Assembly (NCBI GenBank): GCA_002452295.1
Contig: DKEX01000081.1
Location: 1,329-65,328, forward strand
Length of the DNA: 64,000 nucleotides
Reading direction: 5' to 3'
Source of the DNA: Firmicutes bacterium UBA6811
Lineage (GTDB): Bacteria > Bacillota > SHA-98 > UBA4971
The notes below the pieces were generated by a model. The model was not told the origin of the DNA. It ran no database searches and was given only the letters and a program-made list of their open reading frames with translations. The translations under genes were made by a program, and so were the position numbers. Of the stretch, positions 10,194-21,963 are shown piece after piece (the stretch's first letter is position 1; each line of letters opens with the position of its first letter).

Positions 10194-11489
10194 TCATCGG
10201 GTGGGCCAAACGCCGGGAGCTTCGTATGCCAGCTTTCCGGCGACGATCGTGGCAGCCACCTTGCCGAAAAGTCGGCGCCCTGCGAAGGGCGTGTTTCGGG
10301 AGAGCGATGCAAATTCCGCCGGGTCGACGAGAAAGCTCGCGTCCGGATCGATCACCGTTATGTTGGCCTCTGCGCCCGGGACGATGCCAGGCCAGTCGAG
10401 GCCGAGGATCCTCGCAGGCCCGCAGGACATCCTCTCCACGAGTTGATCGAGGGTGAGAAGGCCCGGCCGCACGAGCCCGGTGACTGCGAGGGCAAGCGAT
10501 GTCTCCAACCCGATCATGCCGAACGCGGCAAGCTCGTATTCCACCTCTTTCTCCTCCACGGTGTGGGGCGCGTGGTCGGACGCTATCGCGTCGATGACCC
10601 CGTCGGCAAGGCCCCGGCGGACGGCCTCCACGTCAGATGCGCATCGAAGCGGCGGGTTCACCTTGGTGTTGGTATCGTAGCCCGCCACAGCCTCGTCGGT
10701 CAGGCTGAAATGGTGCGGGGTCGCCTCGCAGGTGACGGCGACGCCCTTCTCCTTCGCGCGCCTCACAAGCTCAACCGACCCGGCTGTGCTGACGTGGGCG
10801 ATGTGGAGTCTCGCCCCGGTAAGCCCTGCAAGAAGGATATCTCTCGCCACCATGGCCTCCTCGGCGGCTGCAGGGATCCCGGGCAGGCCGAGCCTGGTGG
10901 ACCAGTAGCCCTCGTTCATCGCCCCGCCCGCCGAGAGCTCGGCATCCTCCGCATGGGATATGATGGGCAGGTCGAACATGCACGCGTACTCCATCGCATG
11001 GCGCATGATCCCGGAGTTCATAACAGGATGGCCATCGTCGGACACAGCCACCGCCCCCGCGCGGCGAAGTTCACCCGCCTCGGCAAGCTCGGCCCCGGCA
11101 AGGCCCTTTGTGATGGCGCCGACGGGAAGGACCCTCACGTGCCCCGTCTCGCGCGCCCTGGATACCACGAACCTCACGGCCGCCCCGGTGTCGAGAGGCG
11201 GGTTGGTATTGGGCATGCAGGCCACCGCCACGAACCCTCCCCGCGCCGCGGCCCGGGTGCCACTCTCGATGGTCTCCTCGTCCTCCCTCCCGGGCTCGCG
11301 CAGGTGCACGTGCATGTCGATTAGGCCAGGCACCACCACCTTGCCCTCCACGCCCAGGGTCCGCACGCCCTCCGCATCTATCGTGGCATCGACTGCAAGC
11401 ACCTTCCCGCCCTCGATAAGCACATCCCTCGTCTCGTCCAGGCCGTTTCGTGGATCCACCACGCGACCTCCCTTAAGCAGCAACCTCAC
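10194..11489 (-). CDS. pyrC: Dihydroorotase
   Basis: [28 protein letters not shown]...[13 protein letters not shown] is the metal-dependent amidohydrolase signature. The GTG start at 11489 has a GGGGGAGGG SD and overlaps the pyrB stop. Confidence 0.9.
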   Translation of the reverse strand: MRLLLKGGRVVDPRNGLDETRDVLIEGGKVLAVDATIDAEGVRTLGVEGKVVVPGLIDMHVHLREPGREDEETIESGTRAAARGGFVAVACMPNTNPPLDTGAAVRFVVSRARETGHVRVLPVGAITKGLAGAELAEAGELRRAGAVAVSDDGHPVMNSGIMRHAMEYACMFDLPIISHAEDAELSAGGAMNEGYWSTRLGLPGIPAAAEEAMVARDILLAGLTGARLHIAHVSTAGSVELVRRAKEKGVAVTCEATPHHFSLTDEAVAGYDTNTKVNPPLRCASDVEAVRRGLADGVIDAIASDHAPHTVEEKEVEYELAAFGMIGLETSLALAVTGLVRPGLLTLDQLVERMSCGPARILGLDWPGIVPGAEANITVIDPDASFLVDPAEFASLSRNTPFAGRRLFGKVAATIVAGKLAYEAPGVWPTR

Positions 11490-12414
11490 CGGGTTTCCCT
11501 CCCCCTGACAGAAGATACAACACGGCCATGCGGCAGGCGACACCGTTGGTGACCTGCTGGTGCACGGCGGCGCTTGGGCTTTCGGCGACCTCCTCCGTGA
11601 TCTCGACGCCGAGGTTGGCCGGGCCCGGGTGAAGGATGAGCACGTCGGGCTTGCACTTCTTGACCTTCTCTCGCGTGAGGCCATAGAGGTCGGAGTACTC
11701 CCTTATGCTCGGGAAGAGACCCTTCTTCTGCCTCTCGAGCTGCATCCTGAGGACGTTCACGACGTCGGATCCGGCAAGCGCCTCGTCGAGGCTGGTGGTG
11801 ACCTCTACGCCCATGCGCGAGACATCCGGCGGGATGAGGGTCCTCGGCCCGCACACCGTGACGTGGGCGCCCAGCTTCGTGAGGCCCCAGATGTTGGACC
11901 TCGCCACGCGGCTGTGCAGGATGTCGCCGACGATGGCCACCTTGAGGCCCTCGATGCGCCCGAGCCGCTCCCTGATGGTGAAGAGGTCGAGGAGCGCCTG
12001 CGTGGGGTGCTCGTGGCGGCCGTCACCAGCGTTCACCACGGAGGCCCTCACCGTGCGCGCCACAAGGTGAGGCGCCCCAGCCATTTGGTGTCGGATGACG
12101 ATGAAGTTGGCGCCCAGGGCCTCGATGGTCCTGGCGGTGTCCTTGAGGCTCTCGCCCTTCGCCACGCTGCTCGTGGACGTGGCGATGTTCGTGACGTCCG
12201 CGCTCATCCATTTTCCGGCAAGCTCGAACGACGTCCTCGTCCTCGTGCTCGGCTCGTAGAACAGGTTCACCATGGTTTTGCCTCGCAGCGTGGGCAGCTT
12301 CTTGATGTCTCTCGTGAATATCTCCTTCATGGGCACAGCCGTATCCAGGATGGTCTCGATCTCGTCGCGATCCAGGTACTCAAGCCCCAGAAGGTCCTTG
12401 TGCTTCAGCGCCAT
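11473..12414 (-). CDS. pyrB: Aspartate carbamoyltransferase catalytic subunit
   Basis: [26 protein letters not shown]...STRTRTSFE...HPTQAL matches ATCase. Confidence 0.92.
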   Translation of the reverse strand: MALKHKDLLGLEYLDRDEIETILDTAVPMKEIFTRDIKKLPTLRGKTMVNLFYEPSTRTRTSFELAGKWMSADVTNIATSTSSVAKGESLKDTARTIEALGANFIVIRHQMAGAPHLVARTVRASVVNAGDGRHEHPTQALLDLFTIRERLGRIEGLKVAIVGDILHSRVARSNIWGLTKLGAHVTVCGPRTLIPPDVSRMGVEVTTSLDEALAGSDVVNVLRMQLERQKKGLFPSIREYSDLYGLTREKVKKCKPDVLILHPGPANLGVEITEEVAESPSAAVHQQVTNGVACRMAVLYLLSGGGKPGEVAA

Positions 12415-12496
12415 CGCATCTTCCCCCCTTCATCATCGTAGCCCGCCTCGTCTTTCGCATCCTCGACCCCTCCTCGGCAGCCGCGTACAACGAAAG

Positions 12497-12527
12497 CCTC
12501 CCCGCCGGATGCGCGCCGGCAGGGAGG
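12497..12527 (-). terminator. pyr attenuator terminator hairpin between pyrR and pyrB
   Basis: mRNA sense reads CCUCCCUGCCGG-CGCGCAU-CCGGCGGGGAGG followed by CUUUCGUUGU. It overlaps sequence able to form an alternative antiterminator. Confidence 0.6.
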
Positions 12528-12558
12528 CGTCGTTCATGTCGCCTGCCCCTCCCCTTCC

Positions 12559-12572
12559 GGCCTCGCTGGACC
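12559..12572 (-). promoter_or_regulatory. PyrR-binding loop (anti-antiterminator), attenuator 2
   Basis: mRNA-sense GGUCCAGCGAGGCC matches the PyrR box consensus ARUCCNGNGAGGYU. It is embedded in the CCCCUU...AAGGGG stem 5' of the terminator. Confidence 0.65.
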
Positions 12573-12605
12573 AGCTTAAAGGGGTTAACGTGTGCCTCTA
12601 GAAAG

Positions 12606-13267
<662 letters not shown>

Positions 13268-13299
13268 CCAGCTTAAAGGACATCATCTCTTTGTGATAG

Positions 13300-13328
13300 A
13301 TACTAACAGTTCCGGCGCGGCCTGTCAA
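13300..13328 (-). promoter_or_regulatory. sigma-A-type promoter of the pyr operon
   Basis: Minus-sense TTGACA (plus 13323-13328), a 17-bp spacer, and TGtTAGTAT extended -10 (plus 13300-13305). Confidence 0.5.
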
Positions 13329-13368
13329 TACCCGCCGCCCGCAAATTCCCGTCTTCCCTATAGACTCC

Positions 13369-13402
13369 CGGGAACCTCAGCTTTGCCGGGCGAAGGCTCG
13401 CC
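13369..13402 (-). terminator. Perfect 15-bp GC-rich hairpin downstream of secF
   Basis: AGCTTTGCCGGGCGA-AGGC-TCGCCCGGCAAAGCT. There is no clear U-tract, which is common in high-GC genomes. It is placed between the secF stop and the pyr promoter. Confidence 0.45.
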
Positions 13403-13434
13403 CGGCAAAGCTCGGCGCGATCTCTCTTCCCTGC

Positions 13435-14373
13435 TCACCTGGCTCTTACAGGCCCCGGCTGCTTCACCTTGGCCGCCGCGGCCTGGCGCCGCTGCCGTGC
13501 CCTATCCCACATGCGCCACTCCAGCCACACGGGGCTTGCCACGAATATCGACGAGTAGGTGCCTATCACAAGGCCGATGATGAGCGCGAGGCTGAAGTCG
13601 CGTATGCTGGCGCCTCCGAAGAGGAACAGCGCGACGACGGCGAGGAGCGTCGTCACCACGGTGTTCAACGATCTCCTCAACGTCTGGAGTATGCTCTTGT
13701 TCGTGAGCTCCTCGAGGGTCTCTTTCTTCCGGAGTCTCAGGTTCTCGCGGATCTTGTCGAATATGACGATGGTGTCGTTGATGGAATACCCGACTATCGT
13801 CAGCACCGCCGCGATGAAGGGGCTGTTCACCTGCCTGCCCATGATGGCGAACGCGCCCAGCACGATTATGGTGTCGTGTATGAGCGCCAGGATGGCGGCC
13901 ACGGCGAACCTGAACTCGAACCTGAGAGACACGTATATTACTATCCCAATGCACGCTATCACGAGCGCCATGAGGGCCCGCCCCAGCAACTCTCTTCCGA
14001 TGACGGGCTCCACCATCTGGGACTCCACGACGCTGACCCGGCCCGTCTTCTGGGACAGAGCGGCCACAATGCGGCCGACCTGCTCATCGTTGAGAGGTCT
14101 CCCGGCGACCTGCGCCCTCACCTGCACGTCGTTGGTTCCCGTTATGGGCTGCACCACGGCCTTTCGGAGGTTCATATCCGCAAGCTCGCCAGTGGTGAGC
14201 ACTCCCGAGACCTCGCCGGCAGTGACGGGCCTCTCGAACCTCAGCCGAAGGAGCGACCCGCCGGTGAAGTCAACCCCGAGGTTGAGGCCGCGCACCACGA
14301 GCGCTATGATCCCTATGGCCACGAGTATACCTGATATGGCAAGGAACATGCGCCTCCTGCCGATAATATCCAC
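13435..14373 (-). CDS. secF: Protein translocase subunit SecF
   Basis: IIGRRRMFLAISGILVAIGIIALVVRGLNLGVDFTGGS... is the SecF N-terminus and 6-TM topology. The GTG start at 14373 sits 8 nt after a GGAGG that directly follows the secD TAA. Confidence 0.85.
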   Translation of the reverse strand: MDIIGRRRMFLAISGILVAIGIIALVVRGLNLGVDFTGGSLLRLRFERPVTAGEVSGVLTTGELADMNLRKAVVQPITGTNDVQVRAQVAGRPLNDEQVGRIVAALSQKTGRVSVVESQMVEPVIGRELLGRALMALVIACIGIVIYVSLRFEFRFAVAAILALIHDTIIVLGAFAIMGRQVNSPFIAAVLTIVGYSINDTIVIFDKIRENLRLRKKETLEELTNKSILQTLRRSLNTVVTTLLAVVALFLFGGASIRDFSLALIIGLVIGTYSSIFVASPVWLEWRMWDRARQRRQAAAAKVKQPGPVRAR

Positions 14374-14386
14374 GATGCCAACCTCC

Positions 14387-15580
14387 TTACGCGCCAAAGT
14401 ACTTTGCGTATCTCTCGGGGCTACGGTCCACAAAGGCGGTCATGAGTATCCTCGTCACGACTATCGCCGTAAACATGCTCGCGAGAATGCCGAGCCCGAG
14501 GGTGACCGCGAAGCCCCTCACCGCGCCCGTGCCGTAGATGTACAGCACACCTGCAGTGATGAGCGTGGTCACGTTGGAGTCGAGGATGCACCCCAACGCG
14601 CGGGTGAACCCGGCCTCTATTGCGGCTCGCAGGCGCTTCCCGCCGCGCATCTCCTCCTTGATACGCTCGAAGATGATGACGTTGGCGTCCACCGCCATGC
14701 CCAGCGACAGGATGAGGCCGGCGATGCCGGGCAGTGTGAGCACGGCGTGAAGGCCGGCCAGCACAGCCATGACAATGAGCGCGTACACGCCCAGCGCGAT
14801 GTCGGCCATGATGCCGGGCAGCCTGTACACCGCCAGCATGAACAGCACCACAAGGCCGGCGCCTATGACCGCAGCGACCTTGCTCTGGTCGATGGACTCC
14901 TTCCCGAGTATCGGCTCGAGCACCTCGCTGTGCAACACGTCGAGCGGCACTGGGAGAGCGCCCGCACGAAGCATCATGGAGAGATCCTTGGCCCTGTCCA
15001 TGCTGCCAATGCCGGTGATCTGCCCCTTGTCCTTGATGACGCTCTGCACCACAGGGGCGGAGAGAAGCTCCTCGTCGAGGTATATGGCTATCTTGCGGCC
15101 TATGTTCTCGCGGGTCGCTTTCTCGAACTTCCTCGCGCCTTCGGCCGTGAGCTCGAAGTGAACCGCGGCTCGCCCGTACTCGTCGGGGCCGGCCACCGCG
15201 TTCTTCAGGTCGTTACCAGTCATGATGACGTTGCCCTGCTCGTCCTTGAACTCGAGCTGAGCGGTTCTTCCGATGATCTCCCTGGCCCTCTGCGGGTCCT
15301 TGACTCCGGCAAGCTCGACGACGATGCGCTTCGCCCCCTGCCGGTAGATCACCGGCTCGGCCACCCCAAGCTGGTTGACCCTTCTCTCGATGACCTCCTT
15401 GGCACGCGCCACAGCGTCCTCATCGGCCTTCACCGTATCGGTATCCCTCGCCTGCAGCATCATCCGGGTGCCACCGCGAAGGTCCAGGCCAAGGTTCATG
15501 GGGAGCTTGTAGATGGCCAGGGCACATGCAATAGCTAGAATGGCGATACCAAGAATCCTCCAGACGGTTCCTGGCCTCAT
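14387..15580 (-). CDS. secD: Protein translocase subunit SecD (short form)
   Basis: MRPGTVWRILGIAILAIACALAIYKLP... plus SecD periplasmic and TM blocks. The ATG at 15580 is preceded by AAAGGAGGAA. Confidence 0.9.
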   Translation of the reverse strand: MRPGTVWRILGIAILAIACALAIYKLPMNLGLDLRGGTRMMLQARDTDTVKADEDAVARAKEVIERRVNQLGVAEPVIYRQGAKRIVVELAGVKDPQRAREIIGRTAQLEFKDEQGNVIMTGNDLKNAVAGPDEYGRAAVHFELTAEGARKFEKATRENIGRKIAIYLDEELLSAPVVQSVIKDKGQITGIGSMDRAKDLSMMLRAGALPVPLDVLHSEVLEPILGKESIDQSKVAAVIGAGLVVLFMLAVYRLPGIMADIALGVYALIVMAVLAGLHAVLTLPGIAGLILSLGMAVDANVIIFERIKEEMRGGKRLRAAIEAGFTRALGCILDSNVTTLITAGVLYIYGTGAVRGFAVTLGLGILASMFTAIVVTRILMTAFVDRSPERYAKYFGA

Positions 15581-15688
15581 GAATCCGGTTCCTCCTTTGC
15601 CGGCCCAAATCGGCACAACCCCATTATATGAGTTGGGTTGGGGCTTGTCAACGAAATCGCGAGCCGACCGGGGTGCAGACGCCTTGCG

Positions 15689-16351
15689 TTACAGCAGCTT
15701 GACGCCGTTTATCTCCAGCTTGAAGTGGCAGCCCAGGAACTGGGCGGCCCGCCTGCACATCACCATCCTTGCGAGGAATATCTCGAAGTAGTCCATCACC
15801 GGCGAGATCTCTGTGTCGATCTCGAGTTCCAGCGTGACCGTGCGAGCCCGGGCGTCCACCCTTATGAAGGACCGGAGCACGGCATAGTTGACGCGGTCGT
15901 GTATCTCGAACGTGGCGATATCGCGGTTTCGCACCCTCGACCGGTGCACGTCGGACTTGTCCGCGAGGATGAGGGCAGCGGCCACGTTGTTCACCGCCTG
16001 ACCCACCTGTTCCTCATGGTTGCCCACGGCCCCGGCGATGGTCGCTACTTCCGAGGCGTCCATCCCCGCTTTGAGCAGGATCATGGTGGCAAGCGTCGCC
16101 CCCACCGAGCCGTGGTGGTCACGTCCGGCCATGTTCCCGATGTCGTGGAGGTAGCCTGCGATTGCAGCGAGATCCCTTTCCCTTTCAGGGCGTCCGAGCC
16201 GATCGAGGATGTTCCGCGCTATCGTGGACACAAGCGACGCGTGGCGCTCGCCGTGCTCGGTGAAGCCCATGGCGCCCAGGTGCTCGTTAGCCTTCTCCAC
16301 GAAGACCCTCACCTCAGGCATCGCCCTCACGTCGTCAAGCACAATGGCCAT
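15689..16351 (-). CDS. HD/HDIG-domain phosphohydrolase, function unknown
   Basis: Contains H...HD motifs (GERHASLV, YLHDIGN). 220 aa. I found no closer family assignment. Confidence 0.55.
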   Translation of the reverse strand: MAIVLDDVRAMPEVRVFVEKANEHLGAMGFTEHGERHASLVSTIARNILDRLGRPERERDLAAIAGYLHDIGNMAGRDHHGSVGATLATMILLKAGMDASEVATIAGAVGNHEEQVGQAVNNVAAALILADKSDVHRSRVRNRDIATFEIHDRVNYAVLRSFIRVDARARTVTLELEIDTEISPVMDYFEIFLARMVMCRRAAQFLGCHFKLEINGVKLL

Positions 16352-16595
16352 TTCCCCGCCTCCACCCGTTTGGGCTCGCCCCCTTCTCCCGCCCAGGTTG
16401 CGTGCGAGAGTAGCACAGGGGGCCGTCGACGAATATCATGCCGAAGGTCCTACATGGCCATGCCAACGCCGGCGCGATGGGGCCTTCCGCACCTGGCAAC
16501 TGTGACGCATAACCGCGCGGGCACATAGACTATATCGGGAAGACCGACTCTTCCCACCAGCGAGCGGCAAGTCTCCGTGATCTGGAGGGAGGGAG

Positions 16596-16817
16596 ATGGC
16601 GGAGCCTCTGGCCATAGGCGATTTCGTCGCGAGAAGGTCCTACGACTCCGATGTCATCTTCAAGGTCGTCGCCGTCGAGGGCGACAGCGTCCTGCTCCGC
16701 GGCGTTCTACTCAGAATCATGGCGGATGCCCCTGCAAGCGACCTCGTCAAGGTCGAGCCGGATCGCGCCCTCCTGGCGTTGCGCTCTCTCGAGCGCCTCG
16801 AGAGGAAAATCGGCTGA
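16596..16817 (+). CDS. Small hypothetical protein, 73 aa
   Basis: The ORF has a strong SD, GGAGGGAGGGAG, directly before the ATG, and coding-like composition. The sequence is GDFVARRSYDSDVIFKVVAVEGDSVLLRGVLLRI. Confidence 0.4.
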   Translation: MAEPLAIGDFVARRSYDSDVIFKVVAVEGDSVLLRGVLLRIMADAPASDLVKVEPDRALLALRSLERLERKIG

Positions 16818-16842
16818 TGTCAGAAAAGGAGTGGTTTGAGGG

Positions 16843-17169
16843 ATGCGGACCATCACCAGAGAAGAGCTGATGCAGCTTGAGCAGTACATCAAGACGCTCC
16901 CGCCGCAGGACGAGGAGCAGCAGGTGCTTGCCAGCCCCCAGCAGCAGCTCACCTTCGTGCTGGCCAAGGCCACGTGGTTCAGGCAGCAGGCCCCGGAGGG
17001 CAGCAGCGTCCTCTGGATCGCCTCCACGGACTCAGGATACGTCACGAGAACCGTGAGCCAGGCGTTCGTGGCAGAGTGGGGGCCGGTGATCATGACTGCG
17101 AATCAATTGTGGCTGGGTGTCGACGCCAACTCCGTTATCATGCTGTGGCAACCCGGGGTAACGTTCTAG
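16843..17169 (+). CDS. Small hypothetical protein, 108 aa
   Basis: It lies 26 nt downstream of the previous ORF and is preceded by AAAGGAGTGG 7 nt before the ATG. It has a Q/E-rich N-terminal region. I found no recognisable family. Confidence 0.4.
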   Translation: MRTITREELMQLEQYIKTLPPQDEEQQVLASPQQQLTFVLAKATWFRQQAPEGSSVLWIASTDSGYVTRTVSQAFVAEWGPVIMTANQLWLGVDANSVIMLWQPGVTF

Positions 17170-17279
17170 GGCGGCAAGCAGGGTCTTGCGGCAGGCGGGC
17201 AGAATCGCTCGACCCCTCGGAAAAGGGGTGGCCCTTCTCCGGGGGGTCGCCGGGTTTACAGGCTGAAGGTGCCTCGTGC

Positions 17280-18065
17280 CTACCGCGAGAACACGAACTG
17301 CTTGCTCACGCCGTACGGGATGTACAGCACCCACTTGAGGCCCTCGAGAGTGGGATCGGCCGCGAAGTCCTTCACGAACTTCGGGAACACCAGGAACCCC
17401 CTCCTGGACGATTTCGCGGGCACAGGCCCGTCGCTGTCGCTCTTCACGGGAATCGGGTAATAATAGGCTTTGCCAATCTTCGCTGTCTCCACGGTGTAAT
17501 ATGCCTCGAGCTCGGGGTATATCGATATCTCATGGTCGAGCGTGTTTTCTATGAGAAAGTCGAACTTGATCTCCTCAGGAAGCTCGAGGAGCGCGAGCAC
17601 CGTCACGCGCACGCCGTCGATCTCGTAGGGGTCCTTGAACATGACCCCCGGGAGAAAGCTATCCGATGCCCATCCTCGACCACGCCTGCCGTCGTCCACC
17701 ACCGACCAGTTGCCATCGCCATCCTTCTTCACCTTGACATACCTCACGCCGAACTCGCCGTCCTGCCTCCTGAACACGACCTTTACGAGGTGGTAATCGG
17801 CGAAACTCGCGCTCTCGCACGATACCAGGGTGACCGCCCGCGGCGCCTCGCCCTCCCTGGCGCTCACATACTCGGCCCACGACCTGGCCGCGCCAGTCGC
17901 AATCTTCATGGCCTCCCCAGACTGGCCAGACTCGAGCGCGGTCACGTACTGCACGGCGAGGTCCTTCGCCTCCTGCGTATCGTCGGCGAGAGCAGGACAG
18001 GCCGGAACCATTGCAAAGGCCAACGCCAGCGTGAACAGGACAAAGACAGGCAGCCTTCTCGGCAT
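17280..18065 (-). CDS. Secreted hypothetical protein
   Basis: Carries a signal peptide, MPRRLPVFVLFTLALAFAMVPACPALA. The ATG at 18065 was chosen over the R-rich upstream extension of the track ORF. There are no recognised catalytic motifs. Confidence 0.45.
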   Translation of the reverse strand: MPRRLPVFVLFTLALAFAMVPACPALADDTQEAKDLAVQYVTALESGQSGEAMKIATGAARSWAEYVSAREGEAPRAVTLVSCESASFADYHLVKVVFRRQDGEFGVRYVKVKKDGDGNWSVVDDGRRGRGWASDSFLPGVMFKDPYEIDGVRVTVLALLELPEEIKFDFLIENTLDHEISIYPELEAYYTVETAKIGKAYYYPIPVKSDSDGPVPAKSSRRGFLVFPKFVKDFAADPTLEGLKWVLYIPYGVSKQFVFSR

Positions 18066-18132
18066 ACCGCTCCCCTCCCCCAGCGCCCCGTATGCCCCGC
18101 CTGTTGCAGGCGGGACCACCCGGCAGGCTTCT

Positions 18133-18450
18133 CTACTGGCTCGCCAGTTCAGGCTCCTTGTCCTTCGCCGACTCGCCCTTGCCGAGCACCGCGCCAACGG
18201 CTGCCCGCGTTGTCTTGATGCGGATCTTGTCGGCGATCTCGAGCACCAGCGAGTCTTCTTTCACGTCAACGATCTGGCCGTATATCCCGCCCACGGTGAC
18301 GACGTGGTTGCCCTTGCGGAGCGAGCTCAGCATCTCCCGCCTCTTCTTCTGCTGAGTCTGCTGCGGCCTGATGAGGAAGAAGTAGAACACGACGAACATG
18401 AGCCCGAACATGAGGAGGCTCGAAATAAGGGATCCTTGCTGTGCCGGCAT
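18133..18450 (-). CDS. yajC: Preprotein translocase subunit YajC
   Basis: FVVFYFFLIRPQQTQQKKRREMLSSLRKGNHVVTVGGIYGQIVDV is the YajC signature. The ATG at 18450 has an AAGGCAGGGG SD. Confidence 0.85.
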   Translation of the reverse strand: MPAQQGSLISSLLMFGLMFVVFYFFLIRPQQTQQKKRREMLSSLRKGNHVVTVGGIYGQIVDVKEDSLVLEIADKIRIKTTRAAVGAVLGKGESAKDKEPELASQ

Positions 18451-18474
18451 CGACTTCACCCCTGCCTTGTGTTT

Positions 18475-19620
<1,146 letters not shown>

Positions 19621-20661
19621 TCAAAGAAGAAGCATCGCATCACCGAAACTGAAGAACCGGTACCGTTCTCTCACGGCCGTCTCATACGCCGACATGACCC
19701 TTTCGTAGCCGCCGAAGGCGCACACGAGCATGAGAAGCGTGGATCTCGGAAGGTGGAAGTTCGTCACCAGGGCGTCAACCAGTTGGAACCGGTACCCGGG
19801 GTAGATGAACTTGCTCGTCCACCTGCTCGACGGGCGCACAGCGCCGTCCTCGTCGAGCTGCAGCGACTCGAGCGTGCGGACGCTGGTCGTGCCGACCGCA
19901 AACACCCTGCCGCCCTCCGCCCTCGTGCGGGTCAGCGCCCGCGCGGCCTCGGGGCTCACGGCGAAATGCTCGGCGTGCATCACGTGCTCCTCCACCCTCT
20001 CCACCTTCACAGGCCGGAACGTGCCGAGGCCCACGTGAAGGGTGATGTGCACGACCGTGACACCCTTCGCCCGAATAGCGTCCAGAAGCTCGCGGGTGAA
20101 ATGGAGGCCCGCCGTGGGCGCGGCGGCCGAGCCACGCTTGGCCGGGTCGGCGTAAACAGTCTGATACCGCTCCGGGTCGTCTATCTCCCTCTTTATGTAC
20201 GGCGGGAGCGGTACATGACCGATCTCCTCCACGATGCGGTCGAAGTCGTCGTCCGCGGAGAACGTCACTATCCTCCCGCCTTCGGTGGTCCTATCGAGTA
20301 CCTCCCCCGCGAGGCGCCCATCAAAAAAGAGCCGGGACCCCGGCATCGCCCTCCTGCCTGGCCTCACCAGCACCTCCCAGACCTCGCCCGGCCCGTCGAT
20401 CCTCGTGAGGAGCAGGACCTCGACCTTCCCGCCCGTCCCTTCGCGCGTGCCCATCAGGCGGGCTTTCATGACGCGAGTATCGTTCAACACCATCGCGTCG
20501 CGTCTCTCGAGGTGGTCGACGACATTCCGGAACCACCTGTGCTCTATCTCGCCCTCGCCGTGCCTCGGCACGACCATAAGGCGAGACTCGTCGCGCCGCT
20601 CAAGGGGTTCCTGGGCTATCAGCTCGGGCGGCAGGTTGAAGTCGAAGTCGGCGACCCTCAC
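19621..20661 (-). CDS. queA: S-adenosylmethionine:tRNA ribosyltransferase-isomerase
   Basis: VADFDFNLPPELIAQEPLERRDESRLMVV... is the QueA N-terminus. The GTG at 20661 has an AAGGGAG SD. The track ORF extends upstream into an artefact. Confidence 0.9.
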   Translation of the reverse strand: MRVADFDFNLPPELIAQEPLERRDESRLMVVPRHGEGEIEHRWFRNVVDHLERRDAMVLNDTRVMKARLMGTREGTGGKVEVLLLTRIDGPGEVWEVLVRPGRRAMPGSRLFFDGRLAGEVLDRTTEGGRIVTFSADDDFDRIVEEIGHVPLPPYIKREIDDPERYQTVYADPAKRGSAAAPTAGLHFTRELLDAIRAKGVTVVHITLHVGLGTFRPVKVERVEEHVMHAEHFAVSPEAARALTRTRAEGGRVFAVGTTSVRTLESLQLDEDGAVRPSSRWTSKFIYPGYRFQLVDALVTNFHLPRSTLLMLVCAFGGYERVMSAYETAVRERYRFFSFGDAMLLL

Positions 20662-21080
20662 CCCCTGCTTGAGCTCCCTTCGTGCGCGCGCGACATGTCG
20701 GCGCCGGTGAAAGCGCCCGGCAGGAGCTCGCACGCCGCAAGAGCCCTGACGTCCCCCTTGAGGTTCGCCATGATGACAAGCATGCCGAGGCCGAACTCCA
20801 CCAAAACCTGCCTGCATATGCCGCACGGCGCGCACGGCCCGTCGGTGTCACCAACCACGGCGATAGCCAGGAACTCCCGCTCGCCCTCGGACACCGCCTT
20901 GGCGACAGCGCACCGCTCGGCGCAGATGCCCGCGGGGTACGAGGCGTTCTCCACGTTGCAGCCTGTGTAAACGCGCCCGCTCCGGCCAAGGAGCGCGGCG
21001 CCCACGGGAAAGTGCGAGTAGGGGGCGTACGCCCGTTCCCTCGCGTCCCTTGCAAGCTCAATCAGCCTGGTACGGTCCAT
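20658..21080 (-). CDS. cdd: Cytidine deaminase
   Basis: Zinc-ligand motifs CAERCAV and CAPCGICRQV. The start is taken at MDRTRLIELARDARERAYAPYS. There is a 4-nt overlap with queA. Confidence 0.8.
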   Translation of the reverse strand: MDRTRLIELARDARERAYAPYSHFPVGAALLGRSGRVYTGCNVENASYPAGICAERCAVAKAVSEGEREFLAIAVVGDTDGPCAPCGICRQVLVEFGLGMLVIMANLKGDVRALAACELLPGAFTGADMSRAHEGSSSRG

Positions 21081-21099
21081 GCCAACACCTCCGAACAAC

Positions 21100-21963
21100 C
21101 TAACGCCTCTTGTAGGCCGCCAGCGTGACCACGGACTCCTCCCTGATCTCGAGCTTCTTCCCGTCGCGGGCGAACCTCTGGCCGATCTCCGCCAGCGCGT
21201 GCCGCAGCGCTCCCGGCTCGCCGACAGCCTTGATGATCACCGGGTTGACGGGGACGAGTTGCTGGTTGACGAGGATGACCGGGCCCGCGCACCTCACCGA
21301 GGACTGGGCGATGATGCGCTGGCCGCTGACCTCGGCACCCTTCGCCCCCGCGTAGAACAAGAGGTTCAGGATCTCCTTGATATCTCTCTCATGGACGATC
21401 TCGCGGCTCCGGTAACCGTCTTCTGCATCATAGGCCTGCACGATGACCCCGGGCCCGGCAAGCTCGGATACCCCCGCTTCCTCTCTCAGCCTCGCAAGCT
21501 CCTCGCGTAGCGCCCTAACCTCCTCCTGGAGCCTCCGGAGGTCCTGGCGCGCGAGCCTCTCCTGCTCCTCCGGGGACCATGTGGCAAGCCCCGCGCGGGC
21601 CAGGCTCGTCGCCTCCTCAGCCTCCCTCGCCTCGGCACAGAGCACCTGCGCCACCTCAGCCGGGCTTGCGGCAAGCCCGATCGCGGTGTCCAGGCGCGCG
21701 AGCGCGTCACGCACGTACGGGACATCCTCCACGCCCGCCTTCCCGGCAAGGCGCCGGAGCTGTAAGGCCACGGCGTACCCACCGCGCCTCGCCATCTCGG
21801 TGTCGTCCATCTCGCCCGGGAGACGGAAGAGCGACATCCTCCGGGCAAGCGCCACGGTGTCGAAGGTGAGGAGAATCGCGGCCGAGATCAGCAGGAACCG
21901 CAGCAGGCGCTCCGCACCGCCGCCCCGCGGCCGCGCGCTGGAACCGCTGCCGTGCGCCAGCAC
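21100..21963 (-). CDS. DUF881-family membrane protein (YlxW/YlxX-like), copy 2
   Basis: An N-terminal TM segment and coiled-coil, then a conserved C-terminal block REIVHERDIKEILNLLFYAGAKGAEVSGQRIIAQSSVRCAGPVILVNQQLVPVNPVIIKAVGEP. The GTG start overlaps the TAG of the upstream paralog as TAGTG. Confidence 0.7.
   Translation of the reverse strand: MLAHGSGSSARPRGGGAERLLRFLLISAAILLTFDTVALARRMSLFRLPGEMDDTEMARRGGYAVALQLRRLAGKAGVEDVPYVRDALARLDTAIGLAASPAEVAQVLCAEAREAEEATSLARAGLATWSPEEQERLARQDLRRLQEEVRALREELARLREEAGVSELAGPGVIVQAYDAEDGYRSREIVHERDIKEILNLLFYAGAKGAEVSGQRIIAQSSVRCAGPVILVNQQLVPVNPVIIKAVGEPGALRHALAEIGQRFARDGKKLEIREESVVTLAAYKRR

Noticed and set aside
13559-15538. 659-aa plus-strand ORF antisense to secF and secD
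   Set aside because: The SecD/SecF assignments are strong, and the antisense translation is compositionally aberrant.
15638-16528. 296-aa plus-strand ORF overlapping the HD-domain gene
   Set aside because: It is antisense to the HD ORF, which has the motifs and the better codon usage. There is no SD.
16500-16560. Possible forespore sigma-F/G promoter (GCATA...TATAT) upstream of the small ORF pair, and a sigma-E -10 fragment (CATACC) upstream of yqfC
   Set aside because: Both matches are partial, with spacing and -10 cores not convincingly consensus. They are not reported as features.
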